Counted from the first letter of the stretch, positions 39,001-52,500 are shown. The stretch: DNA of 64,000 bases from Pocillopora damicornis (GCF_003704095.1 NW_020844403.1:124001-188000), one strand, 5' to 3'. The notes: generated by a model from the letters alone, not told the origin. Translations and numbers: made by a program.

Positions 39001-42000
39001 ATCCCAAAGAATTTTGACATCTAGCCCTGAAGAAACAGTAACAAAAAACGGCACAGGAAACCCAGTTCTTGCAACCGGGTTAAAGCTCAAAGATAGTTCT
39101 GATATTCTTTCTGTGAACATAATTACAGCTGTGAGCGCTTTTGGAGATGTGACGGAATTTGACAGTGTGATATCGATTGTGTAATTTCCCGGGCTCGGGC
39201 ATAGGGTGTTTCCTAGCCGGATAAACTCTGATGTACTACTAGTTCGGTGACTTTCTATTGGACCGTGGCCATGCAGTACGACGCTAAGGTTGATATTTGT
39301 TCCCGTTGCCCAAATCCACTCGACGTCAACCGACTGACCAAATTCCTTATGAATTACACCATTTCCACTTTTGAATTTTAGTCCAGTGATGACTTCATCG
39401 ACAAAAGCAATCGTTTGAGCTATGTCGCTACCTAACTCATTTTGACATTTCACGATCACCTCGAAACTGCCCACACTGCTATAGATGTGCAGCAGCAGGG
39501 AAGGAAGGTTTGAGTCTGAGTAATTCTGTTCTGAATTATCTCCAAAGTCAACCTCGCACTGAAACAGGTATCCGTACTCGAAAGTGACGCGTATTTCACT
39601 TGCATTTTCAGGGGTGGTTGCTTGACAGGAAACGTTAAGTCCCCGGATCTGTAACGGCGCACGTGGTTTTCCTACTTCCACAGTGGAATTTAGATATACG
39701 GTAGCCATACCGAGACCGTTGCGAGCTGTGACTGAAACATTAAACGCTCCGGATTTTCTATACGTGTGCGCTGTGTTGTTTTTTGTAGTAACAAGCGCAG
39801 AGCCATCGCCAAAGTTGTATTCATACTCTACTCGACTTCCCTTTAGAATCGACGTCAAAATTACAACTTTTTCGTACATAATTACAGTATTGTTCTGGGC
39901 ATACGCTACAAGACCCACTATGCTCTCATCCACCACTGCTTTGGCTTGTATAGTATTATTAGGCCCCACAAGGTTGTACGCAGTAATTTTGACTGTAAAT
40001 TCTCCTGCAAAAGTATAATTGTGGTGAATAGTTACGTTCATTCCTACAACGTTCGCATTTAGAACTTGAAGAGCGCTCCCATCAGAATAATCGAGCACGT
40101 ACTTGACATCACTTCCTGCAGCGATTTTCCACGATATCACTGTGGGTGATCCAATTTCTACTGGATTTATCGTGGAAATGAAATCCAAGCCTTGAATCTT
40201 TTGCTGTATCGTTATTGTTTTTACAGCTGTGTCGGAACTAATCTGATTAACTGCTTTAACCGTTACATTATACACCCCGGTGTTGTTGTAAGTTTTAAGC
40301 ACCTTATCAGTCGCAACGACTTGACTTGTACTATTGTCGCCGTAGTTGATGATATAACTAACGTTATCTCCTTTGATTTGTGAAAAACGGAAAGTGATTT
40401 CATCACCAGGAGAAGCTGGGTCGGTCACAGTTAAAGCGAATCCTTCGATTCTCTGTTGCGCATACACGAAAATCCATGACCATAATCGACTTATAACGTT
40501 ATAAGCCTTCACTGTTACGTTGAATGGGCCCTTATTCGGGAATGAGTGTGTAATGGTGTGGTTGGATCCTCCAGTGGGAAGTAAAGAACCTTTGTGTGGA
40601 TAGGAGCTACTGCTGTCATTGAAATCCCAGAGGAAGTAAACATCCGTGCCCTCAGTTACGTTGCTAAATAAATGCGTCTCTTCCCCAACTGCCACAAGCT
40701 CTCTACCATGAAATAAAGCCGCAGGCTGTACGCCGACTGTGATATTTTTAACAGGATCCTGAACAGTCACATTATAGAACACAATCACATGATTAACAGC
40801 ATTCTCTCCTGTAAAAATCACTTGCCACTGGCCGGAAAGAAATGTCCGGTTAAAGAGGAAGCTCTCGGGAAATTCCCGTAAAACGAATCCGTCACCGAAA
40901 TCTAGCCGATATTTGACATTAGTTCCCGAACCTTTGGTTAAGTTAAAAGTTATCGTACTGTTTGAGGGCGCAGGATTCGGGAATGCGGTGATACCCAGTC
41001 CTTCTATGCGCCTTTGCACAGAAAACGAGAACGAAGCAAATGCAGAGGATATAGCGTTGGAAACGTTTACACTGATGGTATAGAAACCTGTTTGGTTAAA
41101 ATGGAATTCGATCGAGTTGCTTGTACAAATCATGATTGTTATGGAATTGTTACTGTGCAGAAACCACTCGTAAGTTAAGTTATTTCCTTTGGTAGTGTTG
41201 GCAACGAAAGTGTGATTGTCATACAGCTCAACTCCAGTAAAGTTATCAAGGGTCAGTCCTGAAACTGGTTCTATCACAAGAATTTCCGAGCTTGCGTTGA
41301 CAAGCACCTCATTTCTTAACTTAACAGAGACAAGGTACGTTCCACCTTTGGTATAGTTGTGGAAGACCTTTGTTTTATTGGTTCCTTCCTCTGTTACTCC
41401 ATCTCCGAAATTCCAGTAATAGTATTGGTCTGATTCAAAAGGACCGACCAGTGAACATGATGCATTCAATTTCAATCCCACAAAACTTTGCTTAGGTACG
41501 AAAATAGTAAGAGGGTGAAGGACCTGGACTTGAAACCAAGTTGTCCGTTTGAAAGCAAGGTTATATGCAATAACAGAAACATTTATAGTTCCAGTTCTTG
41601 CAAAACGGTGATGAACAGTTGTGTTGGAAATATAGGAAGTCACTGCACCATCGCCGAAGTTCCATTTATACCGAACATTTGTTCCAATAGCAAAGGAAAT
41701 CAACTTTGACTGAGCGCCGAGGTAGACTGGTGCAGAAATTATTGAAGCATTTAGAGAAGATATGGAGTCTTGGACGTTCACAAAAATGGTGGCGTTGACC
41801 GAGCTTATCATGTTTTCTGCCTCAACAAGAATAACGTGCGTCCCTAAGCTGGAGAATGTAATATTGAGCGGAACTCGTAAAGAACTCTGTCCTGCGTTTT
41901 GCAATTCTTGGCGTTTCAACAAAGTGCTCGTGTTGAGAAGCGTCCACGACACATTCACATTGGAATCTGTGGGAATTTCGACTGTCATCGTCATATTGCG

Positions 42001-45000
42001 ATTAGTTCGAACTCCATAAAAGGGAAATCCTGATGGATAAACAATTTTGATTTCAACGAGGGGAGTCTGGGCTAGAATTTGTCGAGTTATCGGTGCTAAA
42101 GTGTTTCCGAGAGCATCCTTAAATGTGACTCGGGCCCAGTACACTCCAGATTGGTTGAATTGGTGGTCTAGCTCGAATATTGAGGCCTGGGATCCAACAA
42201 TATTGATCATGTAATCCAAGTCAGAAATTTCAGTTGACTGATTTTTATAAATATCCGCTCCATTTTGAAGGGTTTTCGCATTGACGCTTGAGAAATTGTA
42301 TACTGTGTTTTCCCCTGGCTTATGAGCAACTTTCCCGTCCGTTACAGGTCCCCAAGCGATCATGTCCCCGGGAGAAACGTCAAAAGTCTGGTTCTCTGGA
42401 AGAACTATCAGATTGTAGCCTGTTGTGATTGTCAAAACACCTAGGTCAGCGGTGATTCTGAAGTGACTTGCGCGCCGTGTCGTTGACTTGGAGGACTGAG
42501 AGCAGTTTCCGCCGGGTGAGGAAGTACAAGAAGCACTTGATACGCAGAGGGTAGAGGGAGATACACACTGGTGTATGAACTGAGAGGTACACGGTTGGCT
42601 CGTACACGACTGATTAACTAGACAGTAGAAGGATGTTGGTGAATTACACACTGGTCTCACAACCTAAGGAAAAAAAAAGAATAAAATCAAATCACCATTA
42701 TTTTTTTGTCTTGTGTCCTTCACTTCTATTCCCAAGAGCCTGCAATGTTTTGTTTAAACAAGACAGCTGCGAAAAAATTCCCACGATCGTGACAAGACGA
42801 TAAAAACATCTTTCTTTATTTCTTTTACAAACATGACGCTATCGACATTGCTGATCCTCGCAGTATGAACTTCGTAAAACACCTCGCTCACCGTAGAGTC
42901 TCTATGGCTCAGTGGTAGAGCGTCGAAGCGCGGAATACGAAGGTCTGAGGTTTGATTCCTCATGGAGACTCAATATTTTTTCCTTGTCCCACGCTCGCAA
43001 CAAGACGAAAAAACACCTCTATTTATTTTCGTGTCCTTGTGAAACAAGATAGGGCCATATGGAGGTTTGCAGCTCGAGAGTACAGAAATCAAGTCTTCTC
43101 CAGAGTGATGCTTTGGTTTTGTTATGGAAAACCTCTATTCATTTTAATAGATTTTAGAAGATACTTACAAACACTTTTATTTGTCCTGCTGTTTGACCAT
43201 ATATTTCCAGGGCCAAAAGGCGCGCTTCGGAAGAGAACTGGGACGAGGGAAGTAAAAACACTCCACTACCATATGAGGATGCTAGATTTTGCACTTCCCA
43301 CTGAGGTATTGGCGAGCCAGCTCGTACATAAAGGGGACCTGTGAAGTGGTTTACATGAAGTTTGTTTAGATGGAGAAGAAATTTTTTGAAATGGTAAATT
43401 CGAGTTGTTATGACTAAGAAAGAGAACATGGAATTTAAGCCGAGAATTCTTCTTCTCTTTGAGTATCATTTTGCGATGTGTTATTCCCCCTTTGTGTCCC
43501 GAAAACCATGAGAGGATTTAAATCACCAACGCTCGGTACGAGTGATGGTCTTTCAATCGCAGTAACATCAATACCCTTCCATCTGAGCGTAGCAAACGTA
43601 GATAAGTCGGTATTGTGAACATTTCTTCATATAGTATTTCGTGAACAAATTTTAGTTCCTTTCCTAACAGCCAGATTTTCGGCCCTTGATTCGTTGTTAG
43701 TGTACAAGCGGGTCGAGAGAAGATCTAGAGAACGAAACGGTTGCGGACTTTCGTCCGTGATCTACAAGGAAATGGGAGACGATCGAATATTTTCCCCGAG
43801 GTTGAAGCCTGCGGTTGCTATTCGCAACCTAACGCGGGAAAAAAATTGATGAAAGAAAAAGCGTAGGAAGTAAAAGCTTCCTAAATGGCTGTGAATCAAC
43901 TCAAGAGTCACACCTGTAGGAAACACGTGCGATTATATTGAGGTTAGCTATCATTTTCAATCCCAGACACTTTTTTTTTTAAAATACGACGGTTCCGTAA
44001 AAAACACGATCGCTTTTGTAATCTTTCATCTATAGCTAGGGGCTACCTGTGGTTAAATTAAAAAATTTCCAGCAATCATGTATATTTATCCCAAGTTATA
44101 TAAAATCAAGCAAAATTTGTTTTAAATTTATTGATGATACTCAAGACAAGTGTAATTTTCCTTCTCTAAAAAGTAATTTCTCTTAAAGATTTCTTGACCA
44201 TTTTGGAAAAGATGAGCCTTTCATAAAACATTTGAACACGCGGATAGTTTTGATGGGTTCTACTTAAACGAAATTTTCGGAAACAGTATCGATGATTATC
44301 TCAATAAGTATCAAGTTTTCGGAGATGGTTGCCAATTTTGACTGAAATGTGTCTTCGACTTTTGTCTTTTCCGAGATATTATCGCAGATTTTAGATTTCG
44401 ATACGGAGCTCGAAGCTTCCTCGCTGATTGACATTGAAACAAAATCCTGCTGGACAAGGAGATTTATCCACATTGCTACATTTTTTTTTTAATAAATTGA
44501 CGTTTCAGATGTTGCTATTTTTATGGATAATTTAGCTTTTGATCTTAGTTTTAACATTTGTACTTGATATTTTAAAAAAAATTGTTTACTAAAGAAGGGG
44601 ACTTCATTCGATATTATTTAAATTAAGACAAATAAACGCATGTCCGGCGTAGGAAATTGCTGAATATTTACTTTAAACAAAAAGTCCATTACATTAGCGG
44701 AGACGACAAAAAAAATCGCCATAATGTTTCTGGGATCGTTAACAGCTTATGTGCTTTTAACAACGGCGTAAATAAAACGTTGTAATATCTCTTCTGTATT
44801 TCAACAACCTACGCAAACCTGGGCGCAGGAGATACTTGCCTCGACTCAGCTGGAATAGGTACCAAACTCATTCGCACAAGCGTAATGTTTTCTTTAATAT
44901 AGATAAGTAAAGTGAAATATTCTTCAAAATTTAAAGTGAACAATCACGAAAAGGTTCGCTGTCACGAATGAACAGAGAAAAAATTATCTGTTTCATTTTC

Positions 45001-47664
45001 CATTTTTTGTACGAGACGGCAAGAAAATCCGGCGCAATTTTTCGAAGCAAGACTAATATTGTTTGATAGTGTCAATCAAAACAAAGACGGTCAGAGCTTT
45101 ATGAATGAGGAAAATAAACAAAAAGGCTACGATATATATTTAGGATGTTTCATTGCAATAACATATATCAATCTAGGTTATGAAATAACCTGTACGTTTT
45201 AAATAAAAGGAAAACAAGGCTTAATAACAACAGAAGAGCAATTCAAATTTCGTGGAAACCTTTGACTTACAACCTGACGGGTTGCTTAGAAACTTAAAGA
45301 CATGTTGTATCTTTCCCCTGGAATAAGAATAAAATGTAAAATGGAGATTACATTCTTTATTTTCTCACACATAAATGCGTTTCGTTTACTCAGCTTTGTT
45401 TGAAATGTCATATTAATCAAGATGCTATTTTTCATAACCTCCGCGTCATAATTCTTGTTGAGTTTTATCTTTTCAAAACAAACTCTGTCAAATTTGTGCG
45501 GTCGCGAACCAACCGAAGGTTTGAATTAAATGAAAAATCCATTATCACCAAAACAAACATGAACGCATTTTGAAACTTACTTGGCAAGGAAATATTCCTT
45601 TCACTTCCATTTTGAAACATCCATGTTGCCGCTAATGTTGTCCCTTCGTAAATTTTCGCTGTGCAGTGGAAAGTGTCTTCCGTACGAACAGTCGAAGGGC
45701 AATTCAACTCTGCTCTCCCTGGGAAAGCTTTAACGAAAATATCACGCTGAACAAAACCCACCGAGAATGCATTCAATACTTGAGCCTTGACAATTATTTT
45801 TCCCCAATAAACAGCTCTAAATCTAAATTCTGCGTTCTCCCCAAGAGATTCCCCATTGCCATCTCCGATATTAAAAGCCACACGTAGTGCGGGAGAGCTT
45901 CTATTGACAAAAACTGCACTTAAATTAATCCACTTGAAAACGGTTAGAGAACTGGAGTAGTTTATGACTAGTTCGTCTTTGAAGGAGCTCGAGTTGTACA
46001 CTAAATTCTCCCAAGTTCCACCGCAGTTGTAGCTGCTGTCGCCAGTACAGTCTATGGTACAGTTTGAGCTTTGCTGTCGCGAGGAATTAAAAAAACTTGC
46101 ACAAAAACACAAGTTGCCATTTTGTAGAGCAGAGAGAGGATATTTCAAGTCGCCACAAAGTCTTACGCAATCGTACGGTGTGAGACTCCACGGGCGATAG
46201 TTTCCTGGAGATACCCGGAACTCCCGATTTGCAGGAGACTCGGGAAAGCACCCTATTTTGAGATTTTCTTGAAGAAAAAGGAAAACAAAATTTCCGAACT
46301 TGAGCAATATTAAAACATTATAAAAGAAGGTTGAGATCTAGGCAACTACGCAATTAAACTGGGAAGACATTTTAAGAAGCTATTAAAATTTGATATAGAA
46401 CCTGAAAAGGGGACTCTTCAGATTAATAGTATGAGTTAAGACGGATTTATGATGGAAAGAGGGTTTACTATCGTGGGTGAAATCCATTTGGGAACTTGGA
46501 TTATCGGAACTTTATAATCCTTCCTAAATAGGAAAACACGCGTCATCAAAATGTGAAACTTAGAAGGGGAAGATGGTCTGAAAAATATAATTCTTAGAGG
46601 CCACAAACCTACTTTTCAGGTCTTTTTAAGTTCATGCGAAAGGTCAGCAGAATACAAGGTCACCCCGAATCACAAGTGGTTCTAATAGTGTTGTGGAAAA
46701 CCTCAAAAGCTAACCCTGAAAACTGATTACTGGTTTTGTAATTTTACTTTAAATTGCTTAACTTAAAGTAAGCCTTCCTAGTAGAGTGGATAACAACGCC
46801 AAGTTGTTATTTAATCGTTTTTTTGCTCTTTCATTTATCGTCTGACTGCGCTGAATCAAAACAGTCTCAACTGTAAAAATATCGAGATGATGGAAAAACT
46901 AATCAGACAATGTACGAAACGGGAAAAAACAGAGAAATGTACAAACGCCAACTGATAAACAAATGTGTTTTCTACAGCTGAGGTCTAAATTTTTGAAAAC
47001 AAAATCGTGAAGGAAAGGACTAGATCTACCCCGCAGGCCTCTCTATCAGTTTGCCAAACAAAGAAGAATATAATAAAAAGAAATTCATCACATACAAAGA
47101 TAGTGGGTTGATTTTTTTTTTCAATACGTTTTCGCTTTCAAGAAATCACCGTCGTAAAAGCTTTATCAGTCTTTCAAACTATATAAGTAACAGGGCTTTG
47201 TGATGAAGATTCCATTTCCTTTGTGACTTTAAAAACGAGTGTAATTGAAATTTTCATCACAAAAAGGTGACGATTTCAATTTTGCCTTGCGTAAGTTCCA
47301 AACAATTGTCGTTTTTAATCCTAAAAGGACATTAGTCCTGTTGTAAACATTGTACACTAAGTATTTTTTCCTCACGTAACTCATTTTGCCTTTATCCCAA
47401 ATATGCAACGATTTTCGATCGAAAAATAGTGCGGTTGTTCCAGTAGAACACGGCAGAGTGAGACATATGCTACAAACTTTAAACCTATAGAAACAGTGAA
47501 CCGTTGCCAAGTTGATATAAATTACTGAAGATTAGAAAAAGCCAGACAGTTCGTAACTCACCGACATCAATAGAAGATGCATTATTGACCAAAACTCCAC
47601 AAATCAACACAACCAAGATAGAGATTCGCGGAAAAAATTCAAAATACATATTCCTTATATCCAT
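24076..47664 (-). CDS. Polycystin-1-like (PKD1/PKD1L/REJ family) 11-TM receptor-channel subunit, complete, 19 exons, ~4021 aa
   Basis: Minus-strand exons 47562-47664, 45581-46267, 43169-43338, 37676-42663, 36522-37037, 36071-36327, 35023-35375, 34716-34898, 33957-34082, 33189-33374, 32344-32583, 32061-32225, 31252-31650, 30522-30752, 28810-29950, 28156-28610, 27159-27422, 26414-26579 and 24076-25511 total 12066 nt in one open frame. Domains in order: signal peptide (RISILVVLICGVLVNNASS), WSC (IGCF...CVRLC...LQNGNLCFC...CGG), Cys-rich segment, ~15 PKD repeats (WxFGDG-type motifs), REJ, GAIN/GPS (CYFWDE..W..KGC..CQCSHLTWFG), TM1, PLAT (YEVTVHT..GTTANV..IRIWHDNTGKSPSW..CNQWLA), further TMs, TOP domain (WVDKYTRAVFVEFTVYN) and channel TMs (VNMFLSII). 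Confidence 0.93.
30699..30707 (-). other. GPS autoproteolysis site H-L|T of the PKD1-like protein
   Basis: Translates CQCSHLTWFG, the canonical GPS consensus just before TM1. Confidence 0.85.
37118..37148. repeat. 10-bp tandem repeat (tattttagta)x3
   Basis: Visible directly in the sequence; intronic. Confidence 0.8.
37676..42663 (-). CDS. 4988-nt exon of the PKD1-like gene encoding a Cys-rich segment and the tandem PKD (Ig-like) repeat array
   Basis: 1662-aa ORF with repeated WNFGDG, LDFGDG, INYGDN, LDYSDG, YNFGDG, VDFGDN and WDYGDG motifs followed by H-x-Y/F...G-x-Y/F-x-V-x-V-x-A-x-N-x-V-S. Acceptor ccttag|, donor GG|gtaagt. Confidence 0.93.
42775..43022 (+). mobile_element. tRNA-derived SINE-like repeat in PKD1-like intron
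   Basis: 42896-42971 has paired ends (gagtctc...gagactc), box A tggctcagtggtagagcg and box B-like ggtttgattcc, but a mispaired anticodon arm. It is flanked by a direct repeat cccacg(a/c)tcg..acaagacga.aaaa.ca at ~42780 and ~42988. A degenerate copy is at ~58000-58465. Confidence 0.7.
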
Positions 47665-49546
47665 GTTCAATCTAACTTCGCTGACTTCACGTCCACATTT
47701 CGACTTTTATTTCGCCCCAGCGAAAAGCCGCAGTGAAAAAGTTGGGATGCAGAAAGCAAACAAATTGAGAAACTTTCACATTTCGGTTAACATAACAGAT
47801 TCGTCAGTTCGGTCACGCGCACGAACAGAAAACACCACGAATCCGATTGTCAGTCAGCAAAGCCCAACGTGTCAGTAATTTCCGGAGATTCGGTGAAGGA
47901 AAAGAGCAAAGTGCCACCGATTCGGTGAAACGTTGACTTGATCTAGGTTAATTGTAGTTCGGCTGACAAACACCCTCGTTTTGAGTCGCTCTCAACAATA
48001 GGGTGTCGACAGCTGCCTCAAACAAACTCTTTTGATTCGTTAATTTTCAGGGTAACCTAATACAGACAAAACTCGGTGGATATTGCATTTACAAACAGTG
48101 GGATGATAAGGGTGATCTTGAAAAAGACAAATTAGTTCCATGATTATCATAAAAGTGAATTTTTTTGATAACCAAATGTTCTATTTGTCAGAAAAAAAAA
48201 GGAATCGACTGATAGATTGTACTGCGACGAACGTCTGCCTATATATTATACGTTCCGTTTTATTATTATATTTTTGCTCTTACTAATGCCGTCAAAGTGA
48301 AACACTGATATTGCTACTCCTAACTTTTTCACTTATTGCTGTCTGAATTTTTTTCATTCCTCGCTGTAATAGAATAAAACGGGGAAGCTCACCACAAATG
48401 TAAGCAGCGAGGGAAAGAAAAATCTTAAGTTTTAAATTGAAGCACTCCCAGAAATATTGTCGCATTTATAGTTGACATTTATGGTACTTGGGTTTAATTT
48501 TTTGTGAGAACAGAAATGTGTTTATCACAAACCGGTAATTCGAGAGGCGATTAGCATTTCATTATCCTTAATTTCTTTAATTTTAACACCGCGGTCGAAC
48601 TGAAAATATCAATTAGAAATAACATCATTAATTTCCTGGGAGATGAATGCGATTTCCCTCGTCTTGTATTGAATGCATCGGGTTCGTGCTGTGTCCAGCG
48701 TACATCCAGTCCCTCTAAACTCTGTAAATATTTCGCAGAAAATCAAAATTAACAGACCTCATACGAAGACAGTAAGCCCACACGCATGGCGCAAATGAAT
48801 AGGCTGACATCCAACCGTGCAAATTTTTTTTTTTTCTCAGGGCACTGTTGTCATTGATATTCGATGGAAATACCTTTGAATATCTTGCCTTAGTGCAGCC
48901 ACAATCATGCAAATGTTCATATGTTTATATTCGCAACTTTCTTGTGCTTGCTCGACTGTTATTTCACGAATTACTTCCACTGAAGCAGTCGCCAAGGATT
49001 ACTTGCGATTGTAGAATCTTATTTATATCACGTTTTTTTTTAATAATTTCAGCGCAATTTAAAAATGAAGTAGCAATGATAAACTCTCAACTGTTTTCTT
49101 AGACGCAACAGTTTTAACTCACTTGCAAGGTGGAAAGAGGCAAATTTGTAATGAAGCCAAACTTCCGACCTCCCAGCAAAATATTTGCAAAATTTTCAAA
49201 TTTTGAATTTTGTAAGGATTTCAATATGGCGAAACCTCCAAACCTCCGCGCAAAAGACCAACTTATGACTAATTTGATCATGGACTGACCAAACAGAAAC
49301 GTGCAAAGAAGGGGAAAAAACCTGAAAGGAAAAAGGAAAAGAAACAAGAAGAAAAAAAGTTCTGCAAAGTAATTCTGTATATAAATATTTTGTTAGTTAT
49401 TATATTCCCAACATAATGATCATTTGATGACGGTAATGCGGAGGAAGAAGAATCATCCAAAAAAACTCCCAAACTCGTTCCCAGGACATTTTCCTCTTCT
49501 ATTGCGCCTTGAGAAAAAAGCCCAAATTCGAAGTTAAATTAGGTCT

Positions 49547-49572
49547 TTGATTGATTGATTGATTGATTGATT
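49547..49572. repeat. (GATT)n microsatellite
   Basis: About six perfect TTGA/GATT units. Confidence 0.9.
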
Positions 49573-52500
49573 AAATACATATCATGACATCATCAATTGT
49601 GTTAGTGTGCCTCACGTAATTCAAAATTCCATGTTTACACGAAGAATTTTTTTGGAGCGCCTCCTATGCCAAGACAGGAGACCTCCGCCGATTTACCTAA
49701 AGGTTTAGTAGCGGGGGGAGCGGGGAGCGGTGAGCGATCGTTTATTGATTCTTCTCAAAACAATTTTCTTCATTTTCGTCGAGAACGGAAGTTACCTGAT
49801 AGCTAGTTAAGGTTAACTCACTAAGCATACTTGGTGTCGTCTGTTTCAATCGCATCCAGTATCATGAGTTCTTGCTCTTTACAGTTTAACACTGTAACTA
49901 TATAACTAAAGACCGTTGTAACCTACGCTTCCAGTTAAGCATGTCAAGTGAAGAGTTTGATTACACCTTCCTGGTGTAAAGGCGAGAAGATCATAACTCT
50001 TGCGGAAATTTCGAAATTACCAATTCTCACATGTTTTTCATGTTTAAATTTGCTGATCCTAACGGCTGACAAATAACACAGCTTTGCCAGCTCCCACCAT
50101 TCCGATCAAACAAGCCATAGATTTGTGTATAAACTTATTCGTCTTTAGTTACGCCCCATTTAGCGGATCGACAGAGTTTTCATTACGTGGTTGAGGAATT
50201 AAAGAAAGAAGTGTTTTCTAGAACCCTCCTTATGTCGTACATCCGCACGAAAAGACAGTTTTCAAATATAAAAACCCCATTTGGTTTTACAGTCATATCG
50301 AAAACATTCCGGCGATGTGGTTGTTGACGTAATAGAACAATTATGCCCTAGAATTTACTGAACTTTTCCCGTTGTGGTAAACGCGCAATTCAATTTGAGG
50401 TGACGACACTGATTAAAAAACAAAGCACCCACAAGCATGTATTTGATGCATCGCAAAACATTAAGCTTGTGTTTAGAACAAGACTAAAAAGAAAATTTGT
50501 GATAATTTTTAAGAATAAAATTATTTGCAGATAGAGAGGAAAAGTGTTTCTTTTGAGTATTTTCAAACATAGTTTTTCATGTCCAATACCGTTTGAATTA
50601 AACAAAAGGTTGATGAGGCATGCCTCAATGGCGGAAAATAAAAGAAATTTTTTTAATGGTTGAGTGGATCGTAGTTAGCAGTTTTCATTTATCATCAACA
50701 ATCAAGGTAGCATTGTTTCATTCTCACTGAGAGACGCGTCCTTGCTTTGACTTTCTTTGCTCACCGGCTCCGGACAGCAAAGCAGTCAACAGCCTCACAA
50801 CACCGTACATCCATATACTAACGGTAGGTTTATTGCACAATTTTCATTTTTTTGAGGTCACATTGAGCGAAATTTTCGTTATCTGCAGCAAAAGAAACAC
50901 TCAAAATTCATATGGCTGATAATAGTATTGTTGATTGTATTTCTCCATTCTTGAAAATTTCAAACGTTTTCTAAGAATACTACGATCCCACAAACCACGC
51001 AAGGACATTTTCAGTATCATAGTATATAAAGTGAGAGGAAACCTCAGTGATGGCTATGATACTTTCAATCAAGGAAGCTAGGTCTCGCTTTGTCTAACTT
51101 GTAAATGCAAAGGCAGTGCTTTTAATCTGCCCGTTTTATGGCGATATAACTTGAGTCATGCCTAGAAAGAAATAAATGGACTCGAAAATTATTTCCTAAG
51201 TCAATAATTTCTTCTGATGAGGCGGCAGAGTTAATATTGAGATCAGGGTTGGTTTTAATTGACTTAGTGCAAATATATTTTTTTGCGCAATTGGATGCAA
51301 AGGAATTCGTTCTGTGATATTGCCCTGCGGGTGTTTACAAGAGATTGTTGCTACTGTATAAAATGCACTTTCGAATTCATTCGGTAAAAGTTAAAAAAAC
51401 GTACACTTTCATGATTCAATTCTTGAATCCAACCGACTTCTGTATTTTGTATTTAAGAAAAGAATTAACAGAGCCTTAATAGTTTCGGTAGTTTCCCTAA
51501 ACACCCACGTCACGCTGTTTCTCGATCGTCATTATCGCAGGACAACAAAGAGTCAGTTTAGGAAAATAGAAAAACTTCAAAATGAGAAGAGCAAATCTAA
51601 AAGGGGCTAGGATGGCGAAGATTCATTGGATAAGATTGTCTCGCTTTGTAAACGACCTTCTTTAAAAATTTTAGCTGCAGTTTACAAGTTATGAAAACCG
51701 TGACTTAGTTAGTCTGAGGTGTTTTTTGGGAGCTTTGTTGAACTCTCGAAGCTTTGTTTCAGTTAGTTTCCAAATATCTAATTAAAGCTGAAAGAAGATT
51801 CAGGAAGAAAGTAACACAGTACTTGTTTACGTTTAGGATGTTGCGAACATTTCTTAATTGATGATGTTCAGTCGCATTTTAAAGGAGTTAGCTGGCATTA
51901 TCCACGAACATATACATAATTCAACACGTACAACTTTTAATTTCATTTAGATTACCAGTTCGAGAAACTTTAATTTACGCCCAGTTGCATATATATTGAT
52001 GGTAAAATTTTAATGATGCGTTCGATTATTAAGGAGACTCAAGTGTATTATAGATTTTAGCTTTGAGATTTTTAAAAGTGACCTTTAATGCTCTCAAGGT
52101 AGAAATGCCGGGGGTCTCGACACCAAATTTCACTCTTGAGTAACATTTCCTTTTTTGACAAGTCGTGGTTTTGTCTTGGCAACGAAAAAACAAAGCTTTG
52201 TCCACGGCATTCTTGAACTTTCGCCTCTAAAATCTCATGCGTCTTATAGCATGATTATGCGTCACTCATCAGAGCAGAAAGAAAATTCTTATGTAAACAT
52301 TGCTTTAGAAGACCTGTTTCTAGAACTATACATGTCAAACATTTACCAATGTTTTTACCACTTGAAGTAGCGTTTAATTCATGTCGTGGCTTACTTCGTA
52401 TTAAAAAGCAGAGAACTTCTGCTCACTAGCGTGACCTTTAAGCCACTTTCTTCCCGCACATCTGGAAGTGACACGAACTTCCAACATAATATGCAGAGTT

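Noticed and set aside
42896-42971. Functional tRNA gene
   Set aside because: The anticodon arm does not pair properly, box B deviates, and the sequence sits in a repeat with a degenerate second copy, so it is treated as SINE-like.
44240-44480. Transposase or retroelement coding remnant in PKD1-like intron
   Set aside because: No recognisable RT, integrase or transposase motif in the short ORF; cannot be supported without a search.
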